The notes: generated from the sequence alone by a model not told the origin. A stretch of DNA of 60,420 nt from Acidimicrobiia bacterium (GCA_041577335.1 JBFGJH010000015.1:1-60420); one strand, 5' to 3'; shown: positions 19,101 through 30,115, counted from the stretch's first letter. Numbers and translations are program-made.

Positions 19101-19122
19101 ATCCTACGAAACGCCTGTGACA
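19101..19122 (-). promoter_or_regulatory. RecA-NDp/PafBC-like DNA-damage promoter, leaderless
   Basis: Minus strand TGTCAC-N10-TAGGAT-N6-ATG, matching TGTCGG-N10-TANNNT spacing. Confidence 0.55.
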
Positions 19123-19157
19123 GAAAAGGCTGGCCGAAGCGAAGCAGCTGGTTGGAG

Positions 19158-19493
19158 CTAGAAACCGGCCGGATTCGCTCTCCGGCCGCGCTCCCACGCG
19201 AATAGCACCGTGGAGGCCGCGACCAGCGTGATGCCGGAGAGGAGGATCAGCCCGCTCGCTGCGAGCTGCCTGTTGACGGCGCCGTCGCATGGCTCGCCTC
19301 TCGCCCAATCGGGGTGGTCGAGAGGAGTGCCGCACACCAGCCCAGTGAAGTCCATGTCCTGCGTCGTCGCTTTGAAGAGATCGACTTCCCACGTGGTCAG
19401 CATGGCGACCGCCAAGCCGATTGCTGCCAGACCCATGACCAGTCCGGCGGCGGAGAACCACAGTTGTCGAGCCGGCCGGGGCTGTGCCTGCAC
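19158..19493 (-). CDS. Hypothetical two-TM membrane protein
   Basis: Two hydrophobic helices flanking a loop with two Cys (VCGTPL...PCD). Confidence 0.6.
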   Translation of the reverse strand: MQAQPRPARQLWFSAAGLVMGLAAIGLAVAMLTTWEVDLFKATTQDMDFTGLVCGTPLDHPDWARGEPCDGAVNRQLAASGLILLSGITLVAASTVLFAWERGRRANPAGF

Positions 19494-19770
19494 GCGTGCC
19501 GCCTTTCGCGGGCCTCTGGTTATTTGAGTCTATTCACGCGTCGACGGCATTGGCCGGCCCGGTCGTAGCGGGCGGGTCCGGCCGAGCCCGCTGTGATCTG
19601 CGTTGCCGGCTCGCCGCGCTCATGTAGCTGCGATCTCAATCGACGTGGGTCGGCGCAGTGACCGCCCGATCACGCGCCGGCGAGCTCGCACATTCCTGGA
19701 CAGGCTCTGAGAGGCGCAGCCCGGTAGGGTGGCGGCGAAGAGGCGAGGTCAGCAAGGCGCCGGGAGGGAT

Positions 19771-21339
19771 ATGAGCCGCGTCGTTATCAGCCCAGATGAG
19801 TTCGATGCAGTGATATTCGACCTCGACGGCGTCATCACCAAGACGGCGGCCGTGCACGAGATCGCCTGGGCGGAGTTGTTCAACGGCTACCTTCGCGAGC
19901 GCTCCGAGGCCTCCGGTGAGCCGTTCGAGCCTTTCACGACTTCCGACTACGGACGCTACGTCGACGGCAAGCCGCGCTACGACGGCGTCAGCAGCTTTCT
20001 CGAGTCCCGTGGCATCGAGCTGCCACGGGGAGACCCCAGCGACCCAGCCACCCGCGAGACGGTGTGCGGGCTCGGCAATCGCAAGAACGTCGAGTTTCTC
20101 CGACTGGTGGAGACCGATGGTGTCGAGCCCTATGAGTCATCGGTCCGCTTCGTCGCCTCACTTCAGGACGCAGGCATCAGCACTGCACTCTTCTCTTCGA
20201 GCCGAAACGCAGCACAGGTGCTGGACGCTGCGGGCCTCGGCGACCTATTCGACGTGCGGGTCGATGGCACGGTGGCCGCCGAGCTCGGCCTGGCGGGCAA
20301 ACCCGATCCAGCGCAGCTTCTCGAAGCGACGCGACGCCTCGGTGCCACGCCCGACCGAACCGCCGTCGTTGAGGACGCGATCTCCGGTGTCGATGCCGGC
20401 CGTCGCGGCGGCTTCCGCCTCGTCATCGGTATCGACCGGATCGGGCAAGCGGCCGAGCTTGCGGAGTTTGCAGACGTCGTCGTCTCCGACCTGGAGGAGG
20501 TTTCCGTTGCCTCTGACACGCTGCCTTCCCGCGCCGAGCTTCCTTCGGCCCTGGCCTCCCGAGACGAGATCGAGCGGCAGATCGGGTCGAGGCGCATTGC
20601 CGTGTTCCTGGATTACGACGGGGTGCTCAGCCCAATTGTCGAGCACCCGGATCTGGCGGTCCTGGCGCCGGAGATGCGCGCGGTGTTGGAGGCGCTCGCA
20701 GCAGTTGCAACCGTTGCGATCGTGAGCGGCCGTGATGTGGTCGACGTCATGGGCAAAGTAGGGCTCGACGGTCTGTACTACGCCGGGAGCCACGGCTTTG
20801 ACATCCGCTCGCCAACAGGCGAACCCATCTCTGACGACGAGCTGGAACGGTTCGACACCTTCCTCGTCGATCTCGACGCCGCCGAGGCTGAGCTTCGTAC
20901 CGAGCTCCGTGACGTGCCCGGGGCCAACGTCGAGCGGAAACGGTTCGCCATCGCCGTGCACTACCGGCAAGTGCCGCCCGAACACCACGCCACAGTCTCC
21001 GCAGCGGTCGAGCAGGTGGCGCCACGGCACCCGTTGTTGCGTGTGGCCGGCGGGAAGATGATCTTCGAGCTTCGCCCCGATATCGAATGGGACAAGGGGA
21101 GGGCGCTGCTGTGGTTGCTCGACGAGATGGGGCTCGACGAGCTGGGGGTGGCGCCGATCTATATAGGTGACGACGTCACCGATGAGGATGCCTTCCGCGT
21201 GCTGCGCGGCCGAGGTACCAGTGTCGTCGTCGGCCGCGAGGACGTCTCCACGGCGGCCGCGTATGCGCTCGAGGATACGGACGAGGTGCGCTCCTTCCTC
21301 GATGGTCTGCGTGCAGCGGCGGAAGAGCGCACGTCGTGA
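19771..21339 (+). CDS. otsB: Beta-phosphoglucomutase-like HAD domain fused to trehalose-6-phosphate phosphatase
   Basis: FDLDGVIT...GKPDP...VEDAISG (HAD) then FLDYDGVLSPI, VSGR, YAGSHG, WDKG, YIGDDVTDEDAF (T6PP); RBS GGGAGG. Confidence 0.88.
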   Translation: MSRVVISPDEFDAVIFDLDGVITKTAAVHEIAWAELFNGYLRERSEASGEPFEPFTTSDYGRYVDGKPRYDGVSSFLESRGIELPRGDPSDPATRETVCGLGNRKNVEFLRLVETDGVEPYESSVRFVASLQDAGISTALFSSSRNAAQVLDAAGLGDLFDVRVDGTVAAELGLAGKPDPAQLLEATRRLGATPDRTAVVEDAISGVDAGRRGGFRLVIGIDRIGQAAELAEFADVVVSDLEEVSVASDTLPSRAELPSALASRDEIERQIGSRRIAVFLDYDGVLSPIVEHPDLAVLAPEMRAVLEALAAVATVAIVSGRDVVDVMGKVGLDGLYYAGSHGFDIRSPTGEPISDDELERFDTFLVDLDAAEAELRTELRDVPGANVERKRFAIAVHYRQVPPEHHATVSAAVEQVAPRHPLLRVAGGKMIFELRPDIEWDKGRALLWLLDEMGLDELGVAPIYIGDDVTDEDAFRVLRGRGTSVVVGREDVSTAAAYALEDTDEVRSFLDGLRAAAEERTS

Positions 21340-23729
21340 CCGAGTGGCTCCACGTGTACGACGGGTTCGTTCCCGCCGAGGAAGGGCTGCGCGAGGCTTT
21401 GTGCACGGTCGGCAACGGCTACTTCGCAACGCGGGGAGCGGCGCCCGAGATGGCGGCGGACGACGTCCACTATCCGGGGACCTACGTTGCGGGCTTATAC
21501 AACCGGCTCGAGACGGAGATGGCCGGGCGGGTGATCGAGAACGAGGACTTGGTCAACGTCCCCAACTGGCTGCCGCTCCAGTTCCGCTTAGGCGGAACCG
21601 AAGAGTGGTTCCAGATCGCTGCTTCGTCGGTCGACGACTACCGGCTGGAGCTGGACACGAAGCGTGGCGTTCTCACCAGATCGTTCACGTGGATCGCTGA
21701 CGACGGCCGGAGGACGAGAGTCACGCAGCGCCGCTTCGTCTCGATGCGAGACCAGCATCTGGCAGGTCTCGAGACGACCTTCCTGGCGGAGAACTGGTCT
21801 GGTCAACTCGAGGTTCGCTCCGCCCTGGACGGCACGGTGATCAACGCCGGTGTTCCCCGCTACCGGGAGCTGAGCAGCCATCACCTCCTGCCTGTTACGT
21901 CCAGACAGATCGCAGGCGACACCATCTCGCTCGAGGTTCAGACGTCGCAGTCACGAGTAACGATTGCCCAGGCCGCCCGCACGCGGGTGGTGGGCCAAGA
22001 CGGCGAACTACCCGCCGAGTGGCGAACTAGCCGAGATGAGGCGTGGATCGGCCAGGAGATCGTGATCGACGCCGAGGAGGGAATCCCCGTCTCGATCGAG
22101 AAGCTGGTCGTCCTCTTCACCTCACGAGACCGCGCCATCAGTGAGGCCGGCCTCGAGGCCGAGGTGCGTGTCGCACGGGCGCCGAGCTTCGCCGAGGCGT
22201 TGCGCCTCCATGTACTTGCCTGGGATCAACTGTGGCGGCGCTTCCGGCTCGACGTCGAGGCAGATCCTTCGACCCGTCGGGTTCTGAACCTCCACATCTT
22301 CCACCTCCTCCAGACCGTGTCGAAGCACTCGATCGACCTCGACATCGGCACGCCCGCGCGCGGCTGGCACGGCGAGGCCTATCGCGGCCACATCTTCTGG
22401 GATGAGCTGTTCATATTCCCGTTTCTCAACCTCCACTTTCCCGATCTGACGAGGGCACTACTCCACTACCGATTCCGGCGGCTCCCCGAGGCGCGGGCAG
22501 TCGCCGCAGCGGCCGGGTACCGGGGTGCGATGTTTCCGTGGCAGAGCGGAAGCAGCGGTCGAGAAGAGACACAGGTAATGCACCTCAACCCGGAGTCGGG
22601 AAACTGGCTACCGGACAACTCGCACCTGCAACGGCACATCAACATCGCTGTTGGCTTCAACGTCTGGCAGTACTACCAGGCGACCGAAGATATCGATTTC
22701 ATGGCGTTCTACGGGGCGGAGATGCTCGTCGAGATCGCCCGGTTCTGGTCGAGCCTCGCTACGTACAACAAGGCGCTCGACCGCTACGAGATCTGCCACG
22801 TCATGGGCCCTGACGAATACCACGATGGATACCCGGACGCCGATGAGCCCGGCCTCCACAACAACGCCTACACGAACGTCATGGTGGTGTGGTTGTTGGG
22901 TCGTGCGCAGCAGGCTCTCGACTTGGTGCCCGAGTTCCGTCGCCGGGAGCTGGACGAGAAGCTGGCCGTTCGGCGCGAGGAGCTGGAGCGATGGGAGCAC
23001 CTCAAGACCAAGCTTGTCGTCCCGTTCCATGGTGACCGGATCATCAGTCAATTCGAGGGGTACGGCGATCTGGAGGAGTTCGATTGGGTCGGCTACAAGG
23101 AGCGCTACGGCGATATCCACCGTCTCGATCGCATCTTGGAGAAGGAGGGCGAGACGCCCAATCGCTACAAAGTCTCGAAGCAAGCCGATGTGCTCATGCT
23201 GTTCTACCTCCTCTCTGCAGAAGAGCTGGAGGCCTGCTTCGAACAGCTCGGCTACGAGTGGGATCCCGAGATGATCAACCGCAACGTCGAGTACTACATG
23301 GGACGCACGTCGCACGGCTCCACGCTGAGTCGGGTGGTGCACTCGTGGGTGCTCGCCAAGGCCGACCGTAGTTGGTCGTGGCAATTCTTCGAGGACGCGT
23401 TGCTCAGCGATGTCGCGGACATCCAAGGAGGCACCACGGCGGAGGGGGTCCACCTCGGGGCCATGGCCGGGAGCGTAGACCTTGTTCAGCGGTGCTACAC
23501 AGGACTCGAGACCCGTAACGGAGTGCTCCGGCTCGATCCCGCGATGCCCGACGAGATCCGACGCCTCGTGTGCGACGTCCGTTACCGCGGTGCCTGGGTC
23601 AACATCGACATGACCGAGGACCGGGTGGTGCTCACCGTCGCACCAGGACCAGTCGAATCCATCCGCGTCGCCGTCCGCAAGGAGGAGTTCGATCTGGCCC
23701 CCGGCATGAGCCGCGAAATCCACATCTGA
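21336..23729 (+). CDS. Glycoside hydrolase family 65 (trehalose/trehalose-6-phosphate phosphorylase-like)
   Basis: GNGYFATRG, HGEAYRGHIFWDE, MGPDEYH, KQAD, HGSTLS; 4-nt overlap with otsB. Confidence 0.92.
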   Translation: MTEWLHVYDGFVPAEEGLREALCTVGNGYFATRGAAPEMAADDVHYPGTYVAGLYNRLETEMAGRVIENEDLVNVPNWLPLQFRLGGTEEWFQIAASSVDDYRLELDTKRGVLTRSFTWIADDGRRTRVTQRRFVSMRDQHLAGLETTFLAENWSGQLEVRSALDGTVINAGVPRYRELSSHHLLPVTSRQIAGDTISLEVQTSQSRVTIAQAARTRVVGQDGELPAEWRTSRDEAWIGQEIVIDAEEGIPVSIEKLVVLFTSRDRAISEAGLEAEVRVARAPSFAEALRLHVLAWDQLWRRFRLDVEADPSTRRVLNLHIFHLLQTVSKHSIDLDIGTPARGWHGEAYRGHIFWDELFIFPFLNLHFPDLTRALLHYRFRRLPEARAVAAAAGYRGAMFPWQSGSSGREETQVMHLNPESGNWLPDNSHLQRHINIAVGFNVWQYYQATEDIDFMAFYGAEMLVEIARFWSSLATYNKALDRYEICHVMGPDEYHDGYPDADEPGLHNNAYTNVMVVWLLGRAQQALDLVPEFRRRELDEKLAVRREELERWEHLKTKLVVPFHGDRIISQFEGYGDLEEFDWVGYKERYGDIHRLDRILEKEGETPNRYKVSKQADVLMLFYLLSAEELEACFEQLGYEWDPEMINRNVEYYMGRTSHGSTLSRVVHSWVLAKADRSWSWQFFEDALLSDVADIQGGTTAEGVHLGAMAGSVDLVQRCYTGLETRNGVLRLDPAMPDEIRRLVCDVRYRGAWVNIDMTEDRVVLTVAPGPVESIRVAVRKEEFDLAPGMSREIHI

Positions 23730-23769
23730 CCGGCTGATTCTCCGTATGTAGCGCCCGTCAGAGGTCGCT

Positions 23770-23812
23770 GGGCCGAAGTGCCCTATCCGATCACGAAACG
23801 CGGCCATACGCT
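23770..23812 (+). promoter_or_regulatory. DosR-like box + -10
   Basis: GGGCCGAAGTGCCC (23770-23783), 23 nt, TACGCT (23807-23812). Confidence 0.5.
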
Positions 23813-23899
23813 CAGCGTCGACCAGTACCGAAGGAGCCTATCGCCGTAACGTCGTTCGCCCGGGAATGCCCCCAGTGGCGCACAACGTGATTGGACCCG

Positions 23900-25090
23900 A
23901 TGAAGACTTACACCAGCGCTGAAGCCCTCGTCAACGCGACGGCTCGCCACTATCTGTCGGCTCCGGCCGAGTCGGTTGCGCAGGTCGCCGACTCCCTCGT
24001 GGGGTTGCACAACACCACCCAATACAGTCCCTACCTCTCGGCGCGAGCCCGAGTGTCTGCTTTCGACCGGCGCGAGATGGAGGCACTCATGTACGACTCC
24101 TGGCAGCTGGTGCGCTTTCGGGCCATGCGCCTCACGATGTTCGTGTTCACCCGCGAGCTACTCCCCATTGCCGCTTCGGCGACGCGAGCCCTTGGAGACT
24201 CGCTCACGGAGCGATGGCTTCGTGATTCGGGCCTTTCGCCGGCCGAGTTCGATCACCTGGCGAGCCGGGTCGCCGATGCCCTGGCGGATGGGCCGTTGAC
24301 CACGCGGGCACTGCGCAAGCAGCTCGATGTTCCGTCATCGGTTGACTTGCCCGGAGTTGTTGGTCGGATCTGCGATCTTGGGGTCTTGGTCGGCGGGGCG
24401 CCGCCGCGCAGCTGGCGATCCAGCATCCGCCAATACCACCGTTGGGCGGATGTTCTGCCGGATCTCGATCCCTTCGGTTGGGACGAGGACGCCGCCATCA
24501 CCGAGCTGATCCGCAGATACGTCCGCTCCTACGGCCCGGTGACGATCGACGACATCTCGTGGTGGACCGGGTTCACGAAGGCTCGGAGCCGTGAGGCGCT
24601 GGAAACGCTGGGCCAACAGGCGGAGGAGGTGTCGGTCGACGGATGGCCGGGACCGCTCTTCCAGGCCGCCGAACGGGACCCGCTTCCACGCACGGCGTCC
24701 ACGATCCGGGCGCTCCCATTGCTCGATCCGTATGTGCAGGGATACCGAGATCGGGGAAGATTCCTCGACACTGCGCGCCATGACTTCGTCTACGACGGTG
24801 GAGGCAACGCCGCCGCAACACTGGCCCACGACGGCCGGATCGTGGGCGTCTGGCAACCGACCGAGGACCCAGCGGCGGCAATTCGATACCACTTCTTCGA
24901 GCGACCCTCTCAGCGGCTGCGTCGGGCGGCAGAACTCGAGTTGGCCGCCGCCGGGTCGCTCTACTTCGGCCAGGAGGTCGACCTGATCGATTTCGAGACG
25001 ATGAAACCGCTCAGCGCCGAAGGCGGGAGAAGCGCCATGCATCCGCTCGACTCGACGCTCCATCGGGCACCGCGGCGGCCGCCTACGTGA
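23900..25090 (+). CDS. Winged-helix AlkZ/HTH_42 family DNA glycosylase-like protein
   Basis: VGLHNTTQYSPYLSARAR, AMRLTMF, YGPVTIDDISWWTG, LPLLDPY, GRIVGVW (alt start TTG23891). Confidence 0.82.
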   Translation: MKTYTSAEALVNATARHYLSAPAESVAQVADSLVGLHNTTQYSPYLSARARVSAFDRREMEALMYDSWQLVRFRAMRLTMFVFTRELLPIAASATRALGDSLTERWLRDSGLSPAEFDHLASRVADALADGPLTTRALRKQLDVPSSVDLPGVVGRICDLGVLVGGAPPRSWRSSIRQYHRWADVLPDLDPFGWDEDAAITELIRRYVRSYGPVTIDDISWWTGFTKARSREALETLGQQAEEVSVDGWPGPLFQAAERDPLPRTASTIRALPLLDPYVQGYRDRGRFLDTARHDFVYDGGGNAAATLAHDGRIVGVWQPTEDPAAAIRYHFFERPSQRLRRAAELELAAAGSLYFGQEVDLIDFETMKPLSAEGGRSAMHPLDSTLHRAPRRPPT

Positions 25091-25529
25091 TAGAGGTGCG
25101 AAAAGCTATTCGAGGGCGCGCCACCGGTCACCACCGCGCGTTTGCCTTTCAAACCGAATGGCCTCTACGACATGAAGACCCCTTCGAGCCGTTGCTGTTT
25201 CGAGCTGGTGGTTCCAGGCAGCGAGCATCGCATATTGTGAGCTCGCGTCGCTCCGCTTCCCGGCCGCTCAGGTGTGCGGTTCTAGGTGCTGACCGGTCGA
25301 AGGGAGCAGGTCACCTCCCACCGCGTCGCACGGAGAACCCGCGTACCAGAAGAGGGTGAGAACCCGGACATTGCCGCCTGCTGTCGCCGAGGTTTGTCAT
25401 ACTGTAAATGCGTCGTGTGCGCGAGGCGCCATGAGTGGGTATCGCGCCAGGCGACGACTGGGTGAGCGATTGCGCCGCCAGGAGGGTTCGAGCCGTGGGA
25501 AGCCGCCCGTTGGGCGGGGTTTGGAGGGG

Positions 25530-27890
25530 ATGCCCGTGCGTCTGTTTTCTGTGTTTTTGTTCGCGCTCGTGGGGATTCTGCCGGCCGCAGCCCTGCCGGC
25601 GGCCGTAGCAGGCGGATCGGCCACCGTGCCGGATCGCGATATGGTCGCCACGACGCGCGAGGTGTCACAACCGAACTTCGTCGTGATCCTTTCCGATGAC
25701 CAGAAGTGGGACTCGATAGGGCGTTGTCTGCCCGCCTTCGACCCCTACGATTTCAGCGCGGGGGCCGACGCCTGTATGCCCAACCTGCAAGAAGACCTCA
25801 TGGCGGAAGGGACAACGTTCTTGAAAGGCGAAGTGACTCAATCGTTGTGCTGTCCCAGCAGGGCGAGCATCCTTACGGGGCAATACTCCACGACCCATGG
25901 CGTAACCATCAACGATGGCACCCTTTTCAATGACAGCTCGACAGTGGCGACGTGGCTCAACGACGCTGGCTATCGAACGGGGCTGTTCGGCAAATATCTG
26001 AACGGCTACGGCGAGGGTCCGCTCGAAAACTACATCCCGCCGGGGTGGGACGTATTCGAGTCCTATTACGCGTATCGAGTATCCAACGGAGATAATCCAT
26101 ACACCGACTATCCGTGGATCAGCTGGGAACAGGGTGACCCAGCACCGGTGATCACGCGCTACAACAATCTCGATTCGACGTCCTCCGAAGCGTGTGGCGT
26201 CGGCAACCTCTACTCCACCGATTTGATTTGTCGGTTGTCGCTCGACTTCTTGGCTGCGAATCAGAGCGATCCATTTTTCCTCTTCTTGAACCCGGCATCA
26301 CCGCACAGCCCATATACGATTGCCGAGCGGCACAAGGGTCGGTTCGCGGCGGTCGATATTGCTCCCTACCCTGACACCAATCTGGTGCCGTCCCCCAACC
26401 CTCCGGCTTATCTGCCGACAATGCCCCTCACAGATCTGACCCTCGCTCATCAAGAGGCGTTTCAGCTCAAGATCCTCGAGCTGACGCTGACGGTCGACGA
26501 CATGATCGGTGCCCTTCATGACCAGCTCGCTGCTGAAGGACGGCTTGACGAGACGGTGTGGGTCTACCTGTCAGACAATGGGATCGCGTCCGGTGAGCAC
26601 CGATGGACCGACAAGAAGTGCGAGTACTACGCGTGTCACCGGGTTCCCTTCGTCGTGGTGTGTCCCCCTGCCATCTGTGCCGGTGCTCAGGGCGGGGTTC
26701 CCGACCCCAACAACTATGCACTGAACATCGATATTGCGCCGACGATTGCCGAAATGGCCGGGGTGACTCCCACGCTCGCCGTCGATGGACGCAGCCTCGT
26801 ACCGATCTTGAACAACCCTGCGGCGGCTTGGCGAACAGAGTGGTTCATGCATGGCGACTTTCCGAGCTATTCGGGCATCGTGGGCACTGGGCTCGACGGC
26901 CACACCTACAAGTACGTCACCCTGACTGCCCGAGGGGGAACGATAGAGCTTTTTGATCTCGACGAGGATCCATGGGAGCTCATCAACCTGGGCGGCGACG
27001 GCGTCCACAGTGCAATCGAGGCCGATCTCGCCGCACGGTTGGCGGCGCATCTGTCTGGCAGTCCACCCGCCAATATTCCGCCGTCTGCGGCTTTCACCGA
27101 GTCCTGCCCAAACCTCACATGTACCTTCAGCGACGGGTCCGCCGATAGCGATGGGTCGATCGCCAGCTGGGATTGGACCTTCGGTGACGGCACGTCGTCG
27201 AGTTCACAAAACCCGTCCCACACCTATGCCTCCGCAGGGTCCTACACCGTCTCGCTGACCGTGACCGACGACGACGGGGCTACCGACGTGGCCTCCCATG
27301 CGGTGACGGTCACCGACCCGACCGGTCCACCGGTGGCGTCCTTTACATCGGCTTGTGGAGGCTTCACCTGCGACTTCACCGACACGTCGACGGGCTCCGT
27401 GGTCAGTTGGGCATGGGACTTCGGCGACGGAGGGTCTTCCACGGGACAGCACCCATCCCACACCTACGCGAAGACGGGCACCTATCCGGTGGAACTGACG
27501 GTATCGAGCGAACTGGGCGAGGTGAGCACGACGTCATCAACCGTAACCGTCACCGAACCGGGCGCAACGATGCATATCGCGGATCTCGACGGGTCCAGCG
27601 TCAGACTCGCCGGTGGCTCTTGGATGGCGACGGTCGATGTGTACGTGGCCGACGATGGCGGCGGTGCGGTTTCGGGCGCAGAGGTTACGGGAGTCCTGCG
27701 TGACGGCACGGAATACTCTTGCATGACGAGCGCCGCTGGAAGCTGCCAGGTGCAGTTCAGCACTCGTGGGGCGCGTGCCATGTTCACCGTTACTGGTCTA
27801 TCCCATGCTTCGCTCACATACGAACCGGCGAGCAATCATGATCCCGACGGCGACAGCGACGGGACGGTGATCACGGTCCTGAAGCCTTGA
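25530..27890 (+). CDS. Secreted Cys-type sulfatase with two PKD domains
   Basis: Signal peptide; PNFVVILSDDQ, LCCPSRASILTG, GKYLNGY, SDNG, NIDIAPT; WTFGDG and WDFGDG PKD repeats; RBS GGAGGGG. Confidence 0.9.
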   Translation: MPVRLFSVFLFALVGILPAAALPAAVAGGSATVPDRDMVATTREVSQPNFVVILSDDQKWDSIGRCLPAFDPYDFSAGADACMPNLQEDLMAEGTTFLKGEVTQSLCCPSRASILTGQYSTTHGVTINDGTLFNDSSTVATWLNDAGYRTGLFGKYLNGYGEGPLENYIPPGWDVFESYYAYRVSNGDNPYTDYPWISWEQGDPAPVITRYNNLDSTSSEACGVGNLYSTDLICRLSLDFLAANQSDPFFLFLNPASPHSPYTIAERHKGRFAAVDIAPYPDTNLVPSPNPPAYLPTMPLTDLTLAHQEAFQLKILELTLTVDDMIGALHDQLAAEGRLDETVWVYLSDNGIASGEHRWTDKKCEYYACHRVPFVVVCPPAICAGAQGGVPDPNNYALNIDIAPTIAEMAGVTPTLAVDGRSLVPILNNPAAAWRTEWFMHGDFPSYSGIVGTGLDGHTYKYVTLTARGGTIELFDLDEDPWELINLGGDGVHSAIEADLAARLAAHLSGSPPANIPPSAAFTESCPNLTCTFSDGSADSDGSIASWDWTFGDGTSSSSQNPSHTYASAGSYTVSLTVTDDDGATDVASHAVTVTDPTGPPVASFTSACGGFTCDFTDTSTGSVVSWAWDFGDGGSSTGQHPSHTYAKTGTYPVELTVSSELGEVSTTSSTVTVTEPGATMHIADLDGSSVRLAGGSWMATVDVYVADDGGGAVSGAEVTGVLRDGTEYSCMTSAAGSCQVQFSTRGARAMFTVTGLSHASLTYEPASNHDPDGDSDGTVITVLKP

Positions 27891-28052
27891 AGGCTTGGCG
27901 CAGGAGCACCGCGTCCCCAGGGTGATCGGGGCGGCGCTGATGAGGACCAGCAAATGGCGGCTAGCGGAGAGTTCGCAGCCGGCCAGGCCCGCTGGAGCGC
28001 CGAGTTCGGCATCGCCCGGGTAGCTGCATCCTTCTCAGGGACCGACCAAAAC

Positions 28053-29084
28053 TCAACCGGCCAGGGCTACTACGACGTCATGCAGAAACGCCGCCGCCGG
28101 GGCGCCGTCGACGAAGGCGTGGTCGAAGGTGAGGGACAGCACCATTTCGTGGCCAAGCGTTACCGCCCCCGTCGCGTCGAAGACGGGAGTCGGCCGGGCG
28201 GTTCCTACTCCGAGGATCGCCACCTGGGGAAGATTGATGATCGGGGTGAAGCCTTCCACCCCGTAAGCGCCGAGGTTGCTCACCGTGAATGTGCCGCCCT
28301 CATAATCGGCGGCAGTGAGGGCACCAGCGCTGGCTTTGCCGGCGAGCCCCGTGATGGCTTCGGCCACATCCTCGACGGTCTGCGCGGCGGGATCACGCAC
28401 GACGGGAGCGACCAGACCATCTGCGGTCTGGATGGCCACTGCCACATGGGCGGGGGCTGTCGGCGTGAAATCGTCGCCGTCCCTGGTTCCGTTCAGGGAG
28501 GGATGGTCTGCCAAGGCCTCGGCGGCCACCTTGACGACGATGGCAGTGAGGTTCCGTGGGATCTGGTTACCCAAGTCGGTCCTTGCAAACAGCGTCACCG
28601 GGGCGGTCTCGGCATGGCTCCGGCGCATGTTCTTGGCAATCACCGGCCGCAGGCTGGTGGTCGACGAGATGGGCCTGGCGGCGGCTTCTACGTCTTCTTG
28701 CGTGATCCGCCCACCCGGTCCGCTGCCAGTTATCTCCGCCAGGTCCACCCCCAGCTCTTTGGCGATCCGCTTCGCGGCGGGAGAGGCGACGACGCTCACC
28801 GTTGTTGCCGCGGACGGCCGGGGCGGGGAAGGCGCTTCCGCCGGTTGGTCGACAGAATCGACGATCCGGCAGATCGCACCGCCCTGAGGAACCGGGTCGC
28901 CGATGACGACCCGGTTCACGACATGTCCGTCACTCGTTGCGCGCACCTCGTCGGCCACCTTCTCTGCCTGAACCTCGGCGATCAGGTCGCCCTCGGCGCA
29001 TGCCTGGCCCTCGTCCACGAACCAGGCCGTGACCACCGCCTCCTCTCCCTCGGCGGTGATCACCGGCATGGGTACCTCGAGCAC
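28053..29084 (-). CDS. acoC: Dihydrolipoamide acyltransferase E2 (acetoin/2-oxoacid dehydrogenase)
   Basis: Lipoyl EVQAEKV, E3-binding ASPAAKRIA...GSGPGGRIT, catalytic TFDHAFVDG. Confidence 0.88.
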   Translation of the reverse strand: MLEVPMPVITAEGEEAVVTAWFVDEGQACAEGDLIAEVQAEKVADEVRATSDGHVVNRVVIGDPVPQGGAICRIVDSVDQPAEAPSPPRPSAATTVSVVASPAAKRIAKELGVDLAEITGSGPGGRITQEDVEAAARPISSTTSLRPVIAKNMRRSHAETAPVTLFARTDLGNQIPRNLTAIVVKVAAEALADHPSLNGTRDGDDFTPTAPAHVAVAIQTADGLVAPVVRDPAAQTVEDVAEAITGLAGKASAGALTAADYEGGTFTVSNLGAYGVEGFTPIINLPQVAILGVGTARPTPVFDATGAVTLGHEMVLSLTFDHAFVDGAPAAAFLHDVVVALAG

Positions 29085-29092
29085 CAGTGGCC

Positions 29093-30111
<1,019 letters not shown>

Positions 30112-30115
<4 letters not shown>

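Noticed and set aside
19688..19730. DosR-like box upstream of the otsB fusion, expected by analogy with M. tuberculosis otsB1
   Set aside because: The sequence 23 nt upstream of TAGGGT (GCACATTCCTGGAC) does not match the palindrome.
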